A stretch of 64,000 bases of DNA from Candidatus Omnitrophota bacterium (lineage in GTDB: Bacteria > Omnitrophota > Gorgyraeia > Zapsychrales > Fredricksoniimonadaceae). This document shows, in pieces, positions 57,485 through 64,000 of this stretch. The DNA is taken from positions 3,725 through 67,724 of the forward strand of contig JADFZK010000009.1 in the NCBI GenBank assembly GCA_015232565.1, given 5' to 3'. Each line of letters begins with the position of its first letter. Within the stretch, counting starts at the first letter, position 1. The position numbers and the translations under genes were made by a program. The notes under the pieces are model-generated. The model worked only from the letters and a program-made list of their open reading frames with translations. It did not search any database and was not told the origin of the DNA.

Positions 57485-58558
57485 ATGAAGAGGATCTTAC
57501 TTATTGTGGTGTTCTTTCTGGCGCTGGTTGGCGCGCTGGCCTTTTGGTTCGTGTCTGTTCAGGGGCGCGGGCTGGTGGTGGCGGAGTTGGAACGGATAAC
57601 GGGTAAGAAAGTTACTCTGGGAGCGGTGCAATACGTTCCTCCGGCGGCGCTGGCGTTGAAGGACCTGCGGATCGAGGGCCTGGCGCGTATTCCCCGGGCG
57701 GTGGTAATTCCTCATGTGGGTGCGTTACTGGGCGGGCGTCTGGAAATTGCTTCTTTAGAGCTGCAGTCTCCGGAGATCAATATAAGTTTGCCGTCTGCGG
57801 GACTGGCCGATGCGGTGGCGGAAGGTTCCGGGGAGGCGATAAGCGCGGGGCAAACGCTGGATGTTAAGCCTGTCGCCAAGGCGGCGGGGTTGGCTGATCC
57901 GGAGCAGGCTACCGTGGCGGCTGTTAGTGTTCAGCGTGCGGTATCGATAGATCTGGTGAGGGTGAGCGATGGTACGGTGATGGTGCAGGCGCCGGTAACC
58001 GGCAAGACCTGGATACTGGAAGAAGTGCGGGGAGATCTTTGGCATTTTGCGTTCTTTGGCGCAGTGCCGGTTAAGACCGAATTTGTTCTGGAGTGTTCGC
58101 TGGCCAAACTGAATGTGCCTTTTGTGGGCCATTTGGGCCGGGCCAAGGGTTGGGTTAATTGGGCGGCGCGCGATATGGACGCCAAGGTCGAGGCGCTGGA
58201 TGGCGAAGGGCGCGTGGGCCTGTTTGCGGTGCTTACGTCGCGCGCGAATGATTGTGAAGTAAAGGGCCGGGCTTTATTGTCTTCCCGGCAGACCGCGCAG
58301 GCTACGGCCAAGAAGTCCAAGATGATCGAGGCGACGGTGTTGGACTTGCTGGGGTCATTAAAAACCGATATTGCGGCGGGTTTTTCCTTCCGCACTTTGC
58401 TGGATCGATTTGAGATCGGCAAGGTTAGTATTACCGGGAATATCACGACCGGGTTGCAAAGTGAGGAAATATCAGGTAATATTGTCGGAAGCCTGAAGGC
58501 TGCGGGAGCGAAGCTTTTGGAAAAAGATAAAGCCGCTACAGTGAAGCCGTTAAAATAG
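57485..58558 (+). CDS. Membrane-anchored AsmA-like hypothetical protein
   Basis: N-terminal TM followed by the LERITGKKVTLG pattern, similar to the start of the 41-44 kb protein. Confidence 0.6.
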   Translation: MKRILLIVVFFLALVGALAFWFVSVQGRGLVVAELERITGKKVTLGAVQYVPPAALALKDLRIEGLARIPRAVVIPHVGALLGGRLEIASLELQSPEINISLPSAGLADAVAEGSGEAISAGQTLDVKPVAKAAGLADPEQATVAAVSVQRAVSIDLVRVSDGTVMVQAPVTGKTWILEEVRGDLWHFAFFGAVPVKTEFVLECSLAKLNVPFVGHLGRAKGWVNWAARDMDAKVEALDGEGRVGLFAVLTSRANDCEVKGRALLSSRQTAQATAKKSKMIEATVLDLLGSLKTDIAAGFSFRTLLDRFEIGKVSITGNITTGLQSEEISGNIVGSLKAAGAKLLEKDKAATVKPLK

Positions 58559-58580
58559 TACATTGCTTCTGGGGAATGTT

Positions 58581-58823
58581 ATGATGGACAAACCGGTAAG
58601 AGCCGCAGACAGGCCGTTCCCGTTGGCGGTGGAAGCCGGGAAAACATATTCCTGGTGTGCTTGTGGTTTGAGCAAGTCTCAGCCTTTGTGTGACCACGCG
58701 CATCGCAATGACACGATATTTAAGTCGGTCAAATTTGTTGCACCAGAAAGCAAGACCGTTTATTTATGTGGTTGTAAGGCCACCAAGACTCCTCCGTTCT
58801 GTGACGGGAGTCACAACGATTAG
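58581..58823 (+). CDS. CDGSH iron-sulfur domain protein (two domains)
   Basis: WCACGLSKSQPLCDHAH and LCGCKATKTPPFCDGSH. Confidence 0.92.
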   Translation: MMDKPVRAADRPFPLAVEAGKTYSWCACGLSKSQPLCDHAHRNDTIFKSVKFVAPESKTVYLCGCKATKTPPFCDGSHND

Positions 58824-58931
58824 CATGGCCCGTGTTCGGGACCCGTTGGAGTGCATGGTTTGTGTAGTTCCCGAAGGCGCTAATGCCTGAAAGGCGGTTT
58901 TAGTTGTAGGGTCCTTGTATTGTGTTTTCAT

Positions 58932-59008
58932 GGTGGCTATAGCTCAGTTGGTAGAGCCCTAGATTGTGGTTCTAGTTGTCGCGGGTTCAAATCCCGTTAG
59001 CCACCCCA
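58932..59008 (+). tRNA. tRNA-His(GTG), G-1 and CCA encoded
   Basis: GTGGCTA/TAGCCAC acceptor, CTAGA-TTGTGGT-TCTAG anticodon arm. Confidence 0.96.
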
Positions 59009-59414
59009 TTTATCGTAAGTTGTTGCAGCGCAATAACTTACAACACAGAGCCCGGCGATGAATAATCGTCGGGCTTTCGTATCTAGCGATGTTTCAAATG
59101 GTTACGGCATCACATTTCTCGTCGATGTCGGACTCTTTCCGCTATCTTATCTCCGTCGACAAATAGAGAACGCTGAATGCCAATATTGTCGGCCAAATTG
59201 GACCAATCCTCTCCTAGTTTCTGGTCGCTAGTTTAAGCCATAATACTTATATAGGGCGGTCTTCTGCCGTCGGGAATCTAATCATAAACTAGGAGTTTAG
59301 CTAGTTAATGCAGAGAGAGTTTCTGGGGGCTGGCTTTCTTGACTTGGAGAAAGTGGAGGATGCCGGTATAATATTCAAAATTAAATCCTTAATGGCTGGC
59401 GGGGAGAACTCAAA

Positions 59415-61811
59415 GTGTTACACAAAATAGAGAAATTGGTCTCAATAGGAAAATTTAAGAACTATCAAGCGACAGGTGATGTCAGCTTTAAGAAGTTGGT
59501 TCTTTTCTACGGTGATAACGGAACGGGCAAGACAACATTAACCGCAGTTCTTCGCTCATTGACTCAAAATAAGCCAGAGATAATTTCAAGGCGTCTTTCA
59601 ACTAATGCCACAGCTGCGCAAGAAGCGCATGTCCTTCGGATTGATTCAACGGCCCATCCAATTCAGCATACTCTGAGGACTGCGGGATGGTCGAATCTCC
59701 CTCCTGAAATTGAGATTTTTGATGCACATTTTATTGCTGAGAACATTTATTCTGGCTTCGATTTCAATGATGAGCATAAAAAGCAGTTGTACGAGTTTGT
59801 TATAGGTGCTCAAGGGGTGGCTATAAAACAGGCTATTGAGCAGAATAAAGCAGATAAAGCCGGATCTCGTCAGCTGCAGACAAATTTGGAGACCCAAATA
59901 GTACAGCAGGTGGGTAATGGGTTAACATCAGAGATGATTGTGGCATTCACAAGTATTCCCGCGTCAGACGCTGTTGGCGTTGACGCTAAAATTGTTATAG
60001 CTGAAGCGGCATTTAATACGGCAAGATCTAATGCGGTTATTCGGTCACTGCAAACATTGACACCTCTTGGAAATATAACATGGGGGATTAATTTCGCTGA
60101 GCTCAGTTCAAATTTGCAAATGACGACTGCGACCATCCAGAATGCCGTGTTACAAGAAATCTTTGAAAGGCATTGCAGTGATTTGACGGCGCATTCCTTA
60201 ATTGATCCTAGAGGATGGCTACAAAAAGGTTTTGAGTATGTGCGCAATAAGAAAGGTGGCGTGTCAGCTGCTTCGGTGGAGTGTCCTTTTTGTAAAACAG
60301 CAATTGATGATCATCGGGATATCATTAAGGCGTACGCCTTACGGTTTGATAGTTACTTCAATGATTTAATTAGAAGGTTGCAATCAGATCTCACCGCACT
60401 TGAAGCTCTTAATTTAAATGTAATTGCGCAAGCTGTAGGTGCTACGAAACAAATGAATACTGAGCGAGCTACTTTTTGGGCGCAACATATAACAACACCT
60501 GCTCCGAGTAGAACCGTAATTACATCTCTTGTAGGTCTTAAAGACCAGCTTCAGGTGGTTATTAATTTAGTTAAACAAAAGATTGAGAATCCTTCTTTGG
60601 CGGTGTCAATTGCGTCGATAGATGCGTTCCAACTTTCTTTGGATGAGGTGGATGCGAACATTGTTGGCTACAATCAACAGGCCGCGGGATACAACGCAGC
60701 TATTGCTACACTTCGTGCGGGTATTCAAACTGAGCAGCAGGCTGAAACAGAGCTCAATCGATTAAAAAGAATAAAGCAAAGGTTTGTACCAGCAATTGAT
60801 ACTCTTTGCGTTCAGTTGACGGCAGAAAAACAACGCTTAAGGAATCTGGATACCTCTTATACACAATTAGTCGAGCAACAAGAGCGGGCAGCTTCCGCTC
60901 TCTTTTCAAATTATAAAGATAGAATTAACCACTATCTTGATGTTGTTTTTAAGACGCCATTTAAGATTGATGCGGTTAGTCATGTTCGTCCACTAGGGAG
61001 AGCCATCCAGAGTAAGATTCAATACAAACTTACCATCAATGGGAATGACATATCATTTGATCCAAATGATCGTTTGAGTGTGAAAGATTGTTTGAGCGAG
61101 GGAGATAAAAGTACGATAGCTTTGGCGTTATTCTTATCGAAAATCGATGTCGAGTCCACAAAAGCAAACAAGATTCTTGTTTTCGATGATCCTCTTTCCA
61201 GTTTTGACAGGAATCGTCGAGGGTACACTATTAGCCTGATACAGAATTTGATGTCTGCTGTTAAGCAGGTAATAGTGTTGAGCCATAATGAATTTTTTCT
61301 TCATGAATTAGGGAAGGGGGTGCCTCGGGGTGATAAGAAGATCCTGAGGATTGTCGAGGATCTCTTATCACGGGAGTCCAGAATTGAGCAGTTAGATTTG
61401 GATACCTTGGTCGAAAATGATTATTTTAAGCACATAAAAGCATTGGAGAGTTTTTTGGCTTCTCCGGATATTTTGAAGAAGGATTGGATATTAGGGCTGA
61501 TACGAAATGTGTTGGAGGCCCATATACGATTTAAGTTTTATAGGCAAACAGTTGGGATTCCTGAGGGGCACAGGACTTTTGGAAGACTGATAGAGGAGCT
61601 TGTAAATACCCGCGTTGTTTTTAGAGCAGACACAACTCCTCCTTCAAACATTATGAGGTTGCGGATGTTGAATGGTGTTTCTTGGAGGCCGCATCATGGT
61701 GAGCCTGCGCCTGACTATACGGTTTTAGGTGTTGATCCGAATACAATTAGCGTGACAGAACTTGGCGGCTTTATTCGGGATGCTTTAGATTTGATTGATA
61801 ATAAGCTATAA
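59415..61811 (+). CDS. RloC-like AAA_13/ABC ATPase with zinc hook and C-terminal HEPN-like domain
   Basis: GDNGTGKTT, coiled coil with CPFC, LSEGDK, VFDDPLSSFD, LSHN, IRNVLE and RPHHG; TTGGAG-N17-TATAAT upstream. Confidence 0.78.
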   Translation: MLHKIEKLVSIGKFKNYQATGDVSFKKLVLFYGDNGTGKTTLTAVLRSLTQNKPEIISRRLSTNATAAQEAHVLRIDSTAHPIQHTLRTAGWSNLPPEIEIFDAHFIAENIYSGFDFNDEHKKQLYEFVIGAQGVAIKQAIEQNKADKAGSRQLQTNLETQIVQQVGNGLTSEMIVAFTSIPASDAVGVDAKIVIAEAAFNTARSNAVIRSLQTLTPLGNITWGINFAELSSNLQMTTATIQNAVLQEIFERHCSDLTAHSLIDPRGWLQKGFEYVRNKKGGVSAASVECPFCKTAIDDHRDIIKAYALRFDSYFNDLIRRLQSDLTALEALNLNVIAQAVGATKQMNTERATFWAQHITTPAPSRTVITSLVGLKDQLQVVINLVKQKIENPSLAVSIASIDAFQLSLDEVDANIVGYNQQAAGYNAAIATLRAGIQTEQQAETELNRLKRIKQRFVPAIDTLCVQLTAEKQRLRNLDTSYTQLVEQQERAASALFSNYKDRINHYLDVVFKTPFKIDAVSHVRPLGRAIQSKIQYKLTINGNDISFDPNDRLSVKDCLSEGDKSTIALALFLSKIDVESTKANKILVFDDPLSSFDRNRRGYTISLIQNLMSAVKQVIVLSHNEFFLHELGKGVPRGDKKILRIVEDLLSRESRIEQLDLDTLVENDYFKHIKALESFLASPDILKKDWILGLIRNVLEAHIRFKFYRQTVGIPEGHRTFGRLIEELVNTRVVFRADTTPPSNIMRLRMLNGVSWRPHHGEPAPDYTVLGVDPNTISVTELGGFIRDALDLIDNKL

Positions 61812-63416
61812 GTTATTGGGGGCCGAGCGTAAGGACTCCCATACGGCATTTTGTTTTTCCCAGGCTGTCTCATCGGTAATATTTCGCAGTTTGTACTCGG
61901 GAATGGTTGAAATGATGTCACTGGGGAAAAACAGGATCTCTTCCTGAATCTTCGGCGATAGCATCAGGCAGTTTGTGATTTGATTGATCCTCTGCGGGCT
62001 CATGTTAAGCCAGCCCGAAATCTCCTTCAGGTCTTTTGCCCTTCCATCTGCTAGAACCGTCTGGATCTGGTGCGCCAGGATTAGGTTCTGTCGCAATTGC
62101 GGTTCGGCCTTGATCTTTTCGGAGTGGGGCGGTTCGTTGACCCTCTTTAGACTTTTCAGTTCGACTTTGAATACGTGGCTTTTTTGGTTTTTCTTGAGGA
62201 TGATCTCGAGAAGGCCATCAGGTGCGTCATAATGAATGGCTTCCACGTGTGATTTGAGAATGAGGACTTGTTTCTCCATCGGCGTTATCTCCCATGAATT
62301 GATGCCAATGGCCGGGTCTTTAACGATGGTGCGTAGGCATTCCATGACTTTGGCTTCTGTCATGTGTCCATTCACAAGTTTCGTTGGGCAGATGCTATAG
62401 CCGCGCTTGCTGGCGTTCAGGCAGCAGTAGTAGCTGTAGCGCTGGCCGCCTTTGTTGGCATAGGTGCTGTACATGCTGCTGTTGCAGGTCTTGCACCGGA
62501 TAAGTCCGCTCAAAAGTCCGAGGATCTTCTCGCGTTTTTTATTGCTTTCAAAAGGCTGCTTTTCGGTTAATACTTTTTGTACGGTTTGAAACGTCTGTTC
62601 ATCAATCATCGGCTCATGCTCGCCAGGATATATTTTTCCCTGGTAGTTGACCTTCCCTGTATAGAGGACGCTCTTCAGGATATGGGCAATACCTGTGCAT
62701 TGGAATTGAACATCGCCGAAAGTGCGTCCGGATTCCGAAACATGCTTCTTGGTTCGGAAGCCTTTATAATTCATGAGCTCGGTCACCGCGATGATCGATT
62801 CTTCCTGAAGGTATAATTCAAAGATCTTCTTAACGACCAGAGCCTCGGGTGGATTAATAATCAGTTTATGGTTTTCCCGGTCAATAATGTATCCCAGAGG
62901 CGGCCGTCCGCCGATCCATTTGCCTTTGACGCGGGCAGCGCCCATCTTGTCGCGGGTGCGTTCGCTGATGATCTCACGCTCAAACTGCGCGAAGGACAGA
63001 AGGATGTTGAGCGTGAGACGTCCCATGGACGTGTTGGTGTTGAAGTGCTGGGTGACGGAGACGAACGCCACTTTGTTTTTATCGAAGAATTCCAGCAGCT
63101 GGCTAAAATCAAGCAGTGAGCGCGACAGGCGGTCAACCTTGTAGACCACGACACAGTCAATCTCTCCGGCTTTGATATCGGCAATAAGTTTTTGAAGAGC
63201 AGGGCGGTCCGTGTTCGCGCCCGTGAACCCGGCATCATCGTAGTGTCCGGGTGAAAGTATCCACCCTTCGGACTTTTGGCTGGTGATGTAGCTTTCGCCG
63301 GATTCACGCTGGGAATCAAGGGATGTGAAATCCCTTTCAAGATTGTCGTTGGTCGACACGCGGGTGTAGATGGCGCATCGAAGCGGTTTCTTCTCTTGGG
63401 TCTTTGTATCCTCCAT
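61806..63416 (-). CDS. Large serine recombinase (resolvase, recombinase, zinc ribbon, extra C-terminal HTH-like domain)
   Basis: YTRVS, DRLSRS, FAQFEREIISER, CKTC...CC...C. Confidence 0.93.
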   Translation of the reverse strand: MEDTKTQEKKPLRCAIYTRVSTNDNLERDFTSLDSQRESGESYITSQKSEGWILSPGHYDDAGFTGANTDRPALQKLIADIKAGEIDCVVVYKVDRLSRSLLDFSQLLEFFDKNKVAFVSVTQHFNTNTSMGRLTLNILLSFAQFEREIISERTRDKMGAARVKGKWIGGRPPLGYIIDRENHKLIINPPEALVVKKIFELYLQEESIIAVTELMNYKGFRTKKHVSESGRTFGDVQFQCTGIAHILKSVLYTGKVNYQGKIYPGEHEPMIDEQTFQTVQKVLTEKQPFESNKKREKILGLLSGLIRCKTCNSSMYSTYANKGGQRYSYYCCLNASKRGYSICPTKLVNGHMTEAKVMECLRTIVKDPAIGINSWEITPMEKQVLILKSHVEAIHYDAPDGLLEIILKKNQKSHVFKVELKSLKRVNEPPHSEKIKAEPQLRQNLILAHQIQTVLADGRAKDLKEISGWLNMSPQRINQITNCLMLSPKIQEEILFFPSDIISTIPEYKLRNITDETAWEKQNAVWESLRSAPNNL

Positions 63417-63426
63417 GTCGTTTCCT

Positions 63427-63900
63427 TTACAGGTTAAAGAACGAGTATCCGTTCCAGTGCGCTCCCGTCAGTTCCTGAGCGATTGCAGTCAGGGTGCGAT
63501 AGACTTTGCCGTTGTATTCGAATCCTTTCTCCAGAACCTTCACCCGGATTTCCTGGCCTTTGTAGTTCTTGCGGATGATCGTTCCGGGGATCGGCAGGCG
63601 TTTATCCCTTAAGGAGGGAAGCGCCGCAGTTTCCTTCTCGGTAGATGTGACGGTTGGTCGTAGGGCCTTGTTGTTGATCGGATCGTATTGTTCAATGAGG
63701 AAAGCAAGCCGGTCTTTGGCTTTGGGCGACAGGGAGCCGAATTCCTGTTCTTGCAGGCGATAGGCGATTTTGCGCCACAGGAAGACCTTGTTGCTGGAAG
63801 GGGCGTCATTGACGCCGAATACCTCTTTATAACGCGCCGCAAGGGCCTCTAATGGCTGGTTTCTCAGTGATGTGATCTCGTCGGCAATGTCTCTCACCAT
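63427..63900 (-). CDS. DUF2924 domain protein
   Basis: IAYRLQEQEFGSLS, PGTIIRKNYKG, TLTAIAQELTGAHWNGYSFFNL; AAGGAG RBS. Confidence 0.88.
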   Translation of the reverse strand: MVRDIADEITSLRNQPLEALAARYKEVFGVNDAPSSNKVFLWRKIAYRLQEQEFGSLSPKAKDRLAFLIEQYDPINNKALRPTVTSTEKETAALPSLRDKRLPIPGTIIRKNYKGQEIRVKVLEKGFEYNGKVYRTLTAIAQELTGAHWNGYSFFNL

Positions 63901-64000
63901 ATCGCTCCTTTCGTTAGTCATATACAGCCATACGTTCGGAGAGATAGCAAGTTGTATTGTCACGAGAGACGCAAAAGTTATAGAGCGATTTAATAGTGGC

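Larger units (their letters stand above)
59009..64000. mobile_element. Left end of an integrated element at tRNA-His (probably continues past the window)
   Basis: Composition shift right after the tRNA; defence-type cargo gene, serine recombinase and DUF2924. Confidence 0.7.

Overview
GC-rich bacterial chromosome segment with almost all genes on the + strand. It is probably Candidatus Omnitrophota (OP3, PVC superphylum); this is inferred from my recollection of one protein family and is not verified. The backbone is housekeeping: ECF cobalt/nickel T and A subunits, pabB/pabC-like genes, Lrp plus aminotransferase, PfkB kinase, era, nth, a soluble MgtE-type protein plus NRMT-type Nramp, rpsU, purH, folC, mnmE, mutS-mutL, secretin-amidase-murI-queDCEF-rph-rdgB, AsmA-like proteins, peroxiredoxin, ptsP, a PHP-glycosyltransferase, an RNB nuclease and a radical SAM protein. 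Three tRNAs are present: Pro-TGG, Arg-TCT and His-GTG. Four accessory zones interrupt the backbone. (1) Small genes follow mnmE. (2) At 26.6-30.1 kb there is a Phd/PIN toxin-antitoxin pair, an AlbA-domain gene carrying a phased 11-bp repeat, two small ORFs each preceded by the same ~118-bp repeat, and an inverted-repeat element with two mutually exclusive pairings. (3) At 45.2-48.3 kb there is a secreted modular protein (N-terminal domain, AT-rich cargo, C-terminal GGIDLN cap), followed by integrase and DUF1016 remnants, hairpin repeats and an interrupted tRNA-Pro 5' copy. (4) An element after tRNA-His carries an RloC-like ABC-ATPase/HEPN gene, a large serine recombinase and DUF2924, and probably continues past the window. 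The modular secreted protein is the best candidate for an undescribed system. All calls come from motif reading by eye; no searches were run.
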